Made by a program: the position numbers and the translations under genes
Shown here: positions 50,894 through 60,439 of the stretch, piece by piece
How positions within the stretch are numbered: the stretch's first letter is position 1
Layout of the letters: each line of letters starts with the position of its first letter
NCBI GenBank assembly: GCA_963662405.2
Contig: CAXXKT010000003.1
Coordinates: forward strand, 448,001 to 512,000
Direction of reading: 5' to 3'
DNA from: Syntrophales bacterium
GTDB lineage: Bacteria; Desulfobacterota; Syntrophia; Syntrophales; UBA2210
DNA: 64,000 nt
The notes under the pieces: generated by a model
What the model was told of the DNA's origin: nothing
The model's input: the letters and a program-made list of their open reading frames with translations, nothing else
The model's database searches: none

Positions 50894-51958
50894 TTACCCT
50901 TCCCGCTTGAAGAGCTGGAGCATCAGCATCAGGTCGCCGGCAACGGTATACTGCCGGTCCATGAACATCTGCTGACCGTCGGCCTTGCGGGTCATGATAT
51001 CGATCCACAGGTCGAAGGGGGTGTCGATGGTGATGTCGGGATTCGGGCAGGTCCCCCGCTCCGCCTCGACGGTCCCTCCTTCGATAGAGAAGTGGCAGGA
51101 ATCTGCCACCGCACCGGAGAAATTGATCTGCAGTGTCACCGTGCGGTCACCGGCCGCTTCGGCATCGAGGCCGTAGGGGAAGAGGAGCATGAAGTCTTCG
51201 AGGGACTCGGGCCGCGGGATCATCCCTTTCTTTTGAAAAGCCTGTGGGGTCACCCCTTCGGCGATACAGGTCTTCCAGAAGATGTTTCCCATACGGTCGA
51301 AAAACGCGGATTCCATGAGGGGCTGTGTGATCCGTGCCATCGTCTCTGGAGAGACCCGCATCGATTCCACCAGTTCCCGCCCCGCCTGTTCTGTCGCGCC
51401 CAGTACGTCCGATACCTTCTCATCCAGGAGGGGGTTGATGACGGCCTCGGATTCGGTCCGATAGATTTCTGCTACAATGGTCCCTTCGGTGGTACGATGG
51501 AGAAAATCGGATAGTGCGGCGAATTCGGACTGATCGGGAAATCCGCACACGGAGAGCCACACGACCGCGGGGGTCCTGTATCGTTTGGGGTGGTAGGTCT
51601 TTCCGTCGGCGTCCTTCTCAAAGAAGGGCTGGAGGGCCGGAAGCGTCCGCTCCCTGAACGCGGCCATGGCGGCATTCAGGGTGTGGATATAGAGGGGGGT
51701 GGCGTAGACGGCGAGATCGGCCTCCAGCCACTTGGGGAAAAGTTCCGCGGTCATGTCGTCTTTCTGAATGCACGTACCGGGGGTCTTTGTCCAGCAGGTG
51801 AAACAGCCGATACAGTTTTTGATCTTTTTCTCGCGCAGATTGACGATCTCGACCGCGGCTCCGGCTTCGCGCATCCCCTTGACGAGGTGGTCGAGCATCA
51901 GCTCAGTCTTGCTCTGGTTCCCGGTACGGGGGCTGGAATTGATCGCAAGGACTTTCAT
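50894..51958 (-). CDS. Flavodoxin-like Fe-S flavoprotein fused to an SCP2 lipid-binding domain
   Basis: NSSPR, CIGCFTCW..PGTC..DDM; C-terminal PDITI...DGQQMFM..YTVAGDL. Confidence 0.82.
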   Translation of the reverse strand: MKVLAINSSPRTGNQSKTELMLDHLVKGMREAGAAVEIVNLREKKIKNCIGCFTCWTKTPGTCIQKDDMTAELFPKWLEADLAVYATPLYIHTLNAAMAAFRERTLPALQPFFEKDADGKTYHPKRYRTPAVVWLSVCGFPDQSEFAALSDFLHRTTEGTIVAEIYRTESEAVINPLLDEKVSDVLGATEQAGRELVESMRVSPETMARITQPLMESAFFDRMGNIFWKTCIAEGVTPQAFQKKGMIPRPESLEDFMLLFPYGLDAEAAGDRTVTLQINFSGAVADSCHFSIEGGTVEAERGTCPNPDITIDTPFDLWIDIMTRKADGQQMFMDRQYTVAGDLMLMLQLFKREG

Positions 51959-52023
51959 GGTGGCCTCCTTTTTCGGTATGTCGATAGAAAATACCCCGTG
52001 TTGCCGGGGTAATAACCGTATTT

Positions 52024-52959
52024 TTACCTTTTGTTTAAGATCAGGCCGATCGCCTTTTCAAGTGCCTTATTGAACTCGTCGGGTCGGTTCATCATCAGGA
52101 AATGATCCGCCCCCTTCAGGACGATGGCGTCATAGGACGACATGTGGCGCCGGTTCGCCTCGTAGTTGATCGGCCACAGGTCGCCGTTCACGGTGACCAC
52201 CGGCACGCGGATCGTGTCGAATACGGTGGCCGCCTCCCCGGTAACGAACTGCGAAACCATTTCTTCCATTGCGCTGAGGGCGACGGTCGGGGGCGCGGCC
52301 GCCATGTCGGAGAGAATCCATTCACGGAGCTGGGGATTAGTACTATCATTAAGCATATCCGCCACGAAGCGGCGCGCCGCCGTGGGGAAATCCTGCTTCA
52401 GGGGGGCGATCATTGAGGCACGCTCTTTCTCCGTCATCCGATATTCGACGTTTTCGAGTGTGTCGATACCGATGAGACCGATGACGCGATCCGGCATGAG
52501 CCGGGCCGCCTCGGCGATCACGGGACCGCCCATGGAATGACCGATCAGGATAATGCGGTGGCTCCCGGTCGCCTCCGCGACCGCTCGGACATCCTCTCCG
52601 AAGGAGCGCATGGTGTAGCGCGAACGGGTCATTCCCGAATGGCCGTGCCCCGCGAGATCGAGAAGGACGACACGGTGACTCCGGGAGAAGTGGGGTACCT
52701 GGGCGCGCCAGTAGCGGGCATCGCAGCTCCATCCGTGGATGAAGATGAGGGTCGGTTCACCGGTGCCGTGGATCTCGTACGAGATGGGGTTGCCGTCTCC
52801 GGAGGGGACGACATGGGGCCACTGGGCGTTGGCATCCGTTGTTCCAAAAAGGAGAAACAAGATCATCAGGCAAACGGCCGCTCCAATCAACTGCTCGGTG
52901 GCGAGGTTGCGCTTATGTCTGCTGTCTGTTCCGACTGTCGTGTTTGTATCTCGTATCAT
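52024..52959 (-). CDS. Alpha/beta hydrolase, probably exported
   Basis: HGW, DLAGHGHS, GHSMGG nucleophile, HFLM; hydrophobic leader ending ANA. Confidence 0.88.
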   Translation of the reverse strand: MIRDTNTTVGTDSRHKRNLATEQLIGAAVCLMILFLLFGTTDANAQWPHVVPSGDGNPISYEIHGTGEPTLIFIHGWSCDARYWRAQVPHFSRSHRVVLLDLAGHGHSGMTRSRYTMRSFGEDVRAVAEATGSHRIILIGHSMGGPVIAEAARLMPDRVIGLIGIDTLENVEYRMTEKERASMIAPLKQDFPTAARRFVADMLNDSTNPQLREWILSDMAAAPPTVALSAMEEMVSQFVTGEAATVFDTIRVPVVTVNGDLWPINYEANRRHMSSYDAIVLKGADHFLMMNRPDEFNKALEKAIGLILNKR

Positions 52960-53220
52960 CGTTGTTCTCTCTCTTCGTCGAATTATTTTGTATGCTGGGT
53001 GAAGTGACTGCACGCAGGAAGCGCCGCCCCTGTTCTCCGGGATTCTCTTTTCATTTCTCCCCCCTTTGTCCGTGGCACCCGGACACGATGAGTCATCCCC
53101 GGTAAGGGACGTTAAGAATCATACACACTGAACATATTTTGTCAACTGATTGTCAGTGGTTAATAACAGGAGGCAGGAGCGGATGTATTGTGATCGGTTC
53201 TCCCTGAGAGCGTATGCCGA

Positions 53221-53257
53221 AAAAAACAGGGTGCCTTTCCCGGGAAAGGCACCCTGT
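53221..53257 (-). terminator. Rho-independent terminator of the peroxiredoxin gene
   Basis: Perfect 32-bp palindrome 53226-53257 followed by a T-run on the minus strand. Confidence 0.85.
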
Positions 53258-53286
53258 CTGGATCAGTCTTACGCTGTGGTTGTCCC

Positions 53287-54006
53287 TTAGTCGAAGGCCA
53301 TCTCCGTCTTCCATTCCTTCCAGACGTTCCCGACCAGGTCTGGACCGGGTTTGAGTGTCTTCTTCCCCGGCCGCCAGCCGGAGGGGGTGGCCTCTGTCCC
53401 CTTCGACGCCCTGACGAGCTGGAAGGCCTGAACCTGACGGAGCGATTCATTGACGTTCCGCCCGACGGGGGGTGTCAGGACCTCGTAGCCCTGGATCACG
53501 CCGTCCGGGTCGATGATAAACCGCCCACGTGTCTCGACCCCCGCGTCCTCGTCGTAGATGCCGAAGATCGTGCCGACCTTGCCTCCGGCATCGGACAGCA
53601 TGGGGAAGGGGACGCCCCCATTTACCATCTTCGACAGTTCGTTATCGTTCCACATCTTGTGGACGAATACGCTGTCGATACTCATGGAGAGGATGTCCAC
53701 GCCCAGCTTCTGGAATTCGGGGTATTTTTCAGCAACTGCTGAAATTTCGGTTGCTCAGACGAATGTGAAATCACCCGGGTAGAAGCAGAGGAGGACCCAC
53801 TTGCCGAGGTGTTCCGAGAGCTGCACGTTGACGAATTTTCCCTTGTGATACGCTGGAGCCACAAAATCCGGTGCCTTCTTTCCGACCTGTATCATACTCC
53901 TCACCTCCTTCTGGACGGTTGGTTGTTCGAATTTCTCTTCGCTGACGGGTTCTCCCACCGGTCCACCCGTCGGTCGGGCGCATCCCGCCTTGATTTCCTC
54001 CGGCAT
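53287..54006 (-). CDS. prxU: Selenocysteine-containing AhpC-type peroxiredoxin (UGA at 53755-53757)
   Basis: Two track ORFs share a frame; readthrough gives [14 protein letters not shown] where AhpC has FTFVCPTE; hairpin 3' of the UGA; selB present in the window. Confidence 0.92.
53727..53744 (-). promoter_or_regulatory. Bacterial SECIS-like hairpin
   Basis: TTTCAGC-AGTT-GCTGAAA starting 10 nt after the UGA, with G in the apical loop. Confidence 0.7.
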
Positions 54007-54214
54007 AGGCACGAACCTCCTTTCACCGTATTGTGTTGGTCAGTAACCGTTTTTTTGGACCGGGGCGGATACCGTCCCGCGGCCAACTTATAACCATAAT
54101 CTATATTTGCCGGAAAATTATAGCGTATACTGTCAGGCAAAACAAGGAGAGATGCAACCGCTCTGAGCGAATGACGGTGTTTTAGAAAGGGATATGAATG
54201 GTCCGGCCGATGCG

Positions 54215-56104
54215 TCAGGCTTTCTTCTTTGCCGGTGTGGTCTCCTCTTCCGAGAAGGGAATGGTCAGTTCGTACGTTCCACCCTTGACCACCGCGTGCA
54301 GGGGGAATGGTGCCTTTTCGAAGACCTTCAACATCGGTTTGTTCTCGATGAGGATGTCCGCTGTGAAACCTTCCACGCCGCGCTTTCGGGCGATGCTGAT
54401 CAGCAGATTCAAGAGAAACGATCCGATCCCCAGGCCCTGAAATTTTTCATCGATAACGAAGGCCACGTCGGCATAGGGGCGGTCCTTCGAGAGGACGTAC
54501 CGCCCTTCGGCGATGATCCGCAGCCGTCCCGCATCTTGAGCGAGACCGACGATCGACATGATATGTCCGTAGTCGACATTCACGTACTCCTGCATCTTCA
54601 TGTGAGGCATGGTCTTGATGGGACTGAAATAGCGATAGTAGACCGTCTTGTCGGAAAACCGGTAAAACAGTTTCCGCATATCCTCTTCATCGGAGGGCTT
54701 GATCGCGCGGAACCGGACGGAGACAGTTCCCGGAAAGACATGGGTATGCAGGATGTCGGCCGGGTACAGGTGTCCGTATTCAGTGAGGTATATCTGGTCG
54801 GAGTACAGAAGGTTTGCCTTTTTGGCCATCTTGACCAGTTCTCCCCGGTCGTCCGGATGGGCGACATCGATCAGCGCGAGCGCCCGTTCACGGAGACTCC
54901 TTCCCCTCATCGAGGCGACGCCGAACTCCGTTACGATCAGGTCGAGGGATTCGCGGTTCGTAAACTGGTGAGGGAGGTTCTCCACCGAGAGCAGGATATT
55001 CGATTTTCCCTCGAGGTTTCGGCTCGGGAGGGCGAAGATCGCCCGTCCTCCCTGTGAGAAGTTGGCCCCGGCAAATGCCTCATGCGCCTCGCCGGAACCG
55101 GGGCTGACGTTTCCTTTCCCGACGTGAAGGGTGATGTTCCCGGTCAGGTCGACCTTCCGGGCGGGAAGGACGGTAATGAACCGGTCATTCTGGCTCATGC
55201 TGTCCGGGTCGGTGGTCACGTCGATCCCCTGAAATTCGACGAGGGGATTATCGTTCAGCCAGGTCATCAGTTCCGGCGTCCCCATGGTATAGGAGGCCAC
55301 GCTCTTGTATCGGAAGTGGGCCTTGTACCGGTTCGTGACGGCACCGGATTTGATGAGATCCATGAGGGCGTCCGTCATCATGAGGGAGTGGACACCCAGG
55401 TTCTTCTTGCGCGCGAGGTGCCTGGCGAGCGCCTCGAAAAGGGGACCGATAAAGAATGCGACGCAACTCCCGTCTTCGATAACGGAGGCCACATTTTCCG
55501 CTACCCCGTCGAAGACCTTGTCGATGGGCCACCGGGGGAAATAGATGGGGGGGTCGGTGGAGTAGACAAGATGGGTGAAATCATTGACATGGACAACGGT
55601 GTCCCCGTGGGTGCGAGGGGTATGCTCATTGATCTCTCCGACGATGAGCGATGCGCGTTCCATGGCGTACCGGGCCACATCCACCGATGCGCCGAAGCTG
55701 GCGAATCCCGCCTCATCGGGAGGGGATATTTGGACAAAGGCCGCGTCGATGTCGGTACTCCCCGATTTAAACAGCGCGGGTATCCGGGAGGTCCTGCTGG
55801 GTATCAGGTCAACCCTCCCGGCGGTGATGGCCTCGTCGGCAACCCATCGGGAGAAGAATGTCCTGAGGCGGTATTTCTTGGCGTATCGTTCATCGATGGG
55901 GAGGGCATCTCCCAGACTCAGAAGCTGTATCAGCTCGAGATCCCGCAGGTTGCTGGCATTCGAAGCCGTCAGGTGCTTGATAAGGGTGCGCGGCTCGGCC
56001 GCCCCGGTCCCCACGAAGATATTCATCCCCGGCCGGATGTTATCGAGAATCTCCTCCGGTGAGGCGATCTTGTCTTTCCACTGGGATGAGATTGTATATG
56101 ACAT
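54215..56104 (-). CDS. Acetyl-CoA hydrolase/transferase family protein with C-terminal GNAT domain
   Basis: GTGAAEP, VDLIP, VQISPPD, VTEFGVA, LIDVAHPD; GNAT VAFVIDEKFQGLGIG, ENKPM. Confidence 0.88.
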   Translation of the reverse strand: MSYTISSQWKDKIASPEEILDNIRPGMNIFVGTGAAEPRTLIKHLTASNASNLRDLELIQLLSLGDALPIDERYAKKYRLRTFFSRWVADEAITAGRVDLIPSRTSRIPALFKSGSTDIDAAFVQISPPDEAGFASFGASVDVARYAMERASLIVGEINEHTPRTHGDTVVHVNDFTHLVYSTDPPIYFPRWPIDKVFDGVAENVASVIEDGSCVAFFIGPLFEALARHLARKKNLGVHSLMMTDALMDLIKSGAVTNRYKAHFRYKSVASYTMGTPELMTWLNDNPLVEFQGIDVTTDPDSMSQNDRFITVLPARKVDLTGNITLHVGKGNVSPGSGEAHEAFAGANFSQGGRAIFALPSRNLEGKSNILLSVENLPHQFTNRESLDLIVTEFGVASMRGRSLRERALALIDVAHPDDRGELVKMAKKANLLYSDQIYLTEYGHLYPADILHTHVFPGTVSVRFRAIKPSDEEDMRKLFYRFSDKTVYYRYFSPIKTMPHMKMQEYVNVDYGHIMSIVGLAQDAGRLRIIAEGRYVLSKDRPYADVAFVIDEKFQGLGIGSFLLNLLISIARKRGVEGFTADILIENKPMLKVFEKAPFPLHAVVKGGTYELTIPFSEEETTPAKKKA

Positions 56105-56499
56105 AGCGCTTCCTGTTGATATGAATCAGTTGCCTTCCGATGTATCGAAGCAACAGTGCCTCCTCATACCACGTAGATGCTTGAAACACCACCGATATTT
56201 CCGGGGCATATCGAGGGACAGAGAGCTCTCACCGATTTTTTTCTGAAACCGCCCTCCTGGTCGAACTCGATGGACCAACAGTCGCTGTTGCTGTTTGAGA
56301 AGGTCGTCGGACGTTCGTGTGTAGCCCCCGCTGTTCTTCGAGCCCCTTGCCTGTGCATTCGGTAGAGGGTGTGATATACGAAAATGCGGGTACCGCTCCT
56401 GTACCGAAAAATTCAAGATCCTCCTTGCACGAAAGGATACGAAACAGAAGCACCGTATTTCAGGGCCTGCTCACCAAGAGCGTTGACCATTACCTTACG

Positions 56500-56850
56500 G
56501 AGCAGGCCGAAATGAATCATTCGTCCGGGACCGTGGTGAGTGCCGACTATTACGCGGTCCCCTGCTCGTTCGCGACCGGGAATCTGTCTGCGACAATCGA
56601 TGATTGCCAGAGATGGTCGCGGATACTGGTCGATCTCCTGATCGTTTCCTCCGTGTCCCTTCAAGAGATGGTGGCGCCGCGCGAAGGTATCGTCAATGCG
56701 TTCGGTTATGGATACGGATGGGTCGCAGCCGAGCGATACGACCAGCCCTGTATCATCTCTGCCGGCGCCGTCAATGGATTCAACCCGGCGATCCTGCTTC
56801 AGGGAGAGTGACATCACGATTCTCGTCCTTCGCAACCGGAAACCTTTAAG
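56500..56850 (+). pseudogene. Decayed C-terminal remnant of a serine hydrolase (beta-lactamase family); boundaries approximate
   Basis: ATGNLSATIDD..RW, YGYGW, AGAVNGF, then frameshifted ITILVLRN. Confidence 0.55.
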
Positions 56851-57028
56851 TAAGCAGGATGATGTCTCTCCGGACTATCGCCCTCGATATCGCGGGCATC
56901 ATCTGTGCGGGGAGGGGCGATCGATTGAAAGGGTGCCACGAGCCCGTGAGAAGGGAGCCTGCGCCGTTACGTCCCCATTGTGTGCAACCGCGCGAGGAAC
57001 GTCTCCGCTTTCTCGCTGACAAGCGGTA

Positions 57029-57205
57029 TCAATTCATTGCATTCATCTTGCCGTCGTTGAATCGCCACAGGAGGCTGTGCACCAGTTCCGACGAGATGTC
57101 CATGAATATCGAGACAAATCCGAGCACCCAGATACCCCCCGGCAACGCGCGGTAGGTGCGTGCCCCGGAAGTGTCCGATGCTGATGTGCCCGGTCCCGAT
57201 GTCAT
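57029..57205 (-). pseudogene. Truncated N-terminus of an MFS transporter
   Basis: LPGGIWVLGFVSIFMDISSELVHSLL, then resemblance ends; ATG overlaps the upstream stop. Confidence 0.6.
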
Positions 57206-58398
57206 ATCAGCCGCTTTCGTCTCATCATCCACAGAGAGGACACCAACAGCAGTATCGCCATGGTGATGATCCCCCACTCGCTGAGCGTCGGGATCGATGA
57301 TGGCATGGCAAATACGACATCACTGCCGTAAGAAGCTCCTCTGCCGTTCACGGCATAGGCCCGCACGTAATAGGAGGTGCCGGGCGCCAGGCCGGTGAGG
57401 GCGCTGGCGAATGACCCGGTTCCCGTGCCGTCGGTGGTATGGCTGTAGGAGGCAAGGGGATGAGGGGATGTACTCCAACACACCCCTCGTTCCGTGACCG
57501 GATCACCGCCGTCACTGGAGACAGTGCCGCCGCCGGAAGCGGTGGTCGCCGTGAGAGCGGTAGTGGCTGTGGTCGTAACGACGGGAACGGTAACCGCGGG
57601 TCCGTTCTGGATGGTAAAGTATCGCGCACCGATGCCGTCACTGTTTCCGCCATTATCCATTGCAACCCATTGAATGGTATGCACCCCGTCGGGGTAAAGG
57701 GTTGTATCGAAAGTATAATATCCTCCCGCACCGTTACTGTTGTTGAAGCCCGGCAGCAAACTTGAAAGATCTGCCCGGTATATATTGTAATTGGGATGCC
57801 CGACAAGAGCGCCATCAATATAGACGTGAATGGTGGAACCGTTGGTCGGAATCGTGTTTGGTTGTGGTGTCAACACCCAACCCCGGTTCATATAAGCGGA
57901 ACCTGAAACGGTGGCGCCATGAGCAGGGGTGTCAAACGTCCCGAACGGCTTCACGGCATTGTTGTTGTCGCAATGGATGGTCTTTGTGCCCAGGGTTGTT
58001 TGGTTTCCTTCATTGTCAGTAGCTATGACCTGGAGGGTATAGGAGCTGTTTCCTCCGTCCGGCAGAAGATTACTGACCAGCGAATACCCCCAGCCCGCTT
58101 TCCGGCTATGAGGATAATAGGGAAAAGTGGCTGCCACATCCGGCCGCGCCCCTTCCACAAAAGCGCCGTCGGCTATATAGACCCGGTTTGTCCCGTCCAT
58201 ACGGTAGATCCTGACGCTTGCAACCTCCACATCGTCCAGCGCCCATCCGGTTACCATGACGGTGCCACGCACCGTGGAACCATTGATGGGGGTATCGAAG
58301 GAACCGAAGGGACCCGCGCCCAGCGCCTGTTGTGAAAGAACCATCAGGAGCGTGATTCCCGCAATCGTGAACCAGCCGACCCTTTTTGCAGAAGACAT
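57202..58398 (-). CDS. Secreted Ig-like/FN3 protein with IPTL-CTERM sorting signal
   Basis: Signal peptide; two PFG.FDTP..G.TV.G repeats; FN3-like YYVRAYAVN; C-terminal IPTLSEWG-TM-RRKR. Confidence 0.88.
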   Translation of the reverse strand: MSSAKRVGWFTIAGITLLMVLSQQALGAGPFGSFDTPINGSTVRGTVMVTGWALDDVEVASVRIYRMDGTNRVYIADGAFVEGARPDVAATFPYYPHSRKAGWGYSLVSNLLPDGGNSSYTLQVIATDNEGNQTTLGTKTIHCDNNNAVKPFGTFDTPAHGATVSGSAYMNRGWVLTPQPNTIPTNGSTIHVYIDGALVGHPNYNIYRADLSSLLPGFNNSNGAGGYYTFDTTLYPDGVHTIQWVAMDNGGNSDGIGARYFTIQNGPAVTVPVVTTTATTALTATTASGGGTVSSDGGDPVTERGVCWSTSPHPLASYSHTTDGTGTGSFASALTGLAPGTSYYVRAYAVNGRGASYGSDVVFAMPSSIPTLSEWGIITMAILLLVSSLWMMRRKRLI

Positions 58399-58515
58399 AT
58401 GGACACCTCCTTTTTGGAACGTCCGTGTGGATCAACCTGGCAACAACTTCTTTTCACGGGATGATCCCGTATCAATGTTGAGCCGAAGCTCTCTATCACC
58501 TTACCGCGAGGGGGG

Positions 58516-59184
58516 CTATTCCTTCAACGGTTTCTCAAAATGCTGATAATCCTTCAGCGAGGTCCAGTCGCCCCCCCACTCCCAGCCGAGCCCCACAAAG
58601 GTGCGCACGATGGGATGGTCCGCCGTCAGCGTTCCCGCGATGTTCGGATCGTACGCTGATCCCGGGGGGAGGATGGTCGTCCCCTTGATGTAGGGGTTCA
58701 GAAAAGGATTGATGTCAATCGCCCTACCGTACGCGTGTTTCGATAGGCGGGTGCCGCCCGTGATCACCCGGTAGTTGAAGGCGGAGGTATTGTTGGCCGC
58801 CATGGAGAGATCGTCGTCCCAGCGGCCGTTTTTGCGAAACCGCTTGTCTGAGATCGGAATGACGGAGGAGATGGGAAAGCGCTCACGGAGCGCCACTTCA
58901 AAGACGGTCCTGACGTCATCCGCCACCTCACTGTCAATGACCAGCTGCCCCTCGTGCACCTTCCTGTCGAAGGAGTAGTAGGTGACCGTGACGACCTTCT
59001 GCCGTGCGCGGATATCCGCCGGGCATGTTTCATCCAGGCCGTCAAAGGCTTCCTCCCGGGTCATTCGGCTGTCAATGATCGGTTCTCCCGGAGCCCCGGC
59101 ATAGGCCGAAGGGTCGACGGAAAAACCGGTAAGAACGAGCAAAAGGAAAAAGAACAACAGGAACACAAGACGGATGTGCTTCAT
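58516..59184 (-). CDS. M15 family metallopeptidase
   Basis: NTSAFNYR, SKHAYGRAIDINP, WGGDW..KDYQHFE. Confidence 0.88.
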   Translation of the reverse strand: MKHIRLVFLLFFFLLLVLTGFSVDPSAYAGAPGEPIIDSRMTREEAFDGLDETCPADIRARQKVVTVTYYSFDRKVHEGQLVIDSEVADDVRTVFEVALRERFPISSVIPISDKRFRKNGRWDDDLSMAANNTSAFNYRVITGGTRLSKHAYGRAIDINPFLNPYIKGTTILPPGSAYDPNIAGTLTADHPIVRTFVGLGWEWGGDWTSLKDYQHFEKPLKE

Positions 59185-59186
59185 TA

Positions 59187-60305
59187 TTAAAATGACCTCC
59201 AATCAAGGTATGAATACCGATTTCTGGTTCGGCCGAAGGCGTCAGCCGCTCTGAACGCGGAAAAGACCATTTCCGCCGTCACCGGCATCGGTTCGTTGTG
59301 CATGGTCTCGCCTTCCTTGCAGGCCGCCTCCGCCACCTTCATGAGGGAATCATCGAGGATATCCGCCAGACCGATATCAGCAAGCGTTGTCGGCAAGCCG
59401 ACGGCCTGGCAGAACGAAAAAACCTGTTCGATCACATCCATCGGTTTGTCCGTCAGGAAAAGCGACACCAGCGTGCCGATGGCGACCTTTTCGCCGTGAA
59501 AATAGCTCCTCGTTTGTGGCAGTACGGTCAGACCGTTATGGATGGCATGCGCGGCGGCGAGCCCGCCACTCTCGAATCCCAGCCCGCTCAATAGGGTATT
59601 CGCCTCCACGATATGTTCCAGGGCCGGCGTTGTGACCTGCGCTTCGCACGCCAGCCTGGCGGAAAGGCCGTATTCCATGAGCGCCTTGTAGCACAGTTCG
59701 GCCAATGCCAGGGCGGCCATAGAGCCGATGTCTCCCGCCATATTCGCGGCATAGTTTGCTCTGCACGATTCCGCTTCGAACCATGTGGCGAGGGCGTCCC
59801 CCATACCGGACACCAGAAACCGGACGGGGGCGTGCGCGATGATGGCCGTGTCGACCAGTACAAGCTCCGGATTCCGGGGAAAGAACAGATAGCGCTTGAA
59901 TGTCCCCGCCTGTGTGTAGATCACCGATAGCGCGCTGCAGGGGGCATCGGTAGAGGCGATCGTCGGCACAATGGCGACGGGGAGTTGTAATGAGTCAGCG
60001 ACCGCCTTTGCCGTGTCCAGGGTCTTCCCCCCGCCGATCCCGACGATGATGTCGGACTTCCCCCTCTCTGCCAGGGAGGACAGTCTGTCTATCTCTTCAT
60101 CCGAACATTCCCGTTGAAACGCCTCTGCGGTAAAGTGGATATGCTCTTGAATGGTGCCCCGGAGGGCAGGCAGTAGGTTCTCAAAAACAAAAGGGGTGCA
60201 GATACCGAAGAGATTTTGGCCGAACCGGGATATCTCGGAACCGAGTCTCTGAATGGCATGAGGACCCTGGACGTACCGACCGGGGAACAGCGTCGTACTG
60301 ATCAT
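59187..60305 (-). CDS. gldA: Glycerol dehydrogenase
   Basis: PGRYVQG, GGGKTLD, ASTDAPCS, GLAAAHAIHNGL, HGEKVA. Confidence 0.93.
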   Translation of the reverse strand: MISTTLFPGRYVQGPHAIQRLGSEISRFGQNLFGICTPFVFENLLPALRGTIQEHIHFTAEAFQRECSDEEIDRLSSLAERGKSDIIVGIGGGKTLDTAKAVADSLQLPVAIVPTIASTDAPCSALSVIYTQAGTFKRYLFFPRNPELVLVDTAIIAHAPVRFLVSGMGDALATWFEAESCRANYAANMAGDIGSMAALALAELCYKALMEYGLSARLACEAQVTTPALEHIVEANTLLSGLGFESGGLAAAHAIHNGLTVLPQTRSYFHGEKVAIGTLVSLFLTDKPMDVIEQVFSFCQAVGLPTTLADIGLADILDDSLMKVAEAACKEGETMHNEPMPVTAEMVFSAFRAADAFGRTRNRYSYLDWRSF

Positions 60306-60439
60306 TCGACTCCTCTTTCTTCTTAATAGGGTAACACCGCTTATAATGTGTGGACTCGCAATAATCAATGACAAAAATCCGGTAAGCGAACCTTCGGTGA
60401 GCCTCGGTTGAAGCTTTGGGAGAAATGTTCAGGAGCGTG

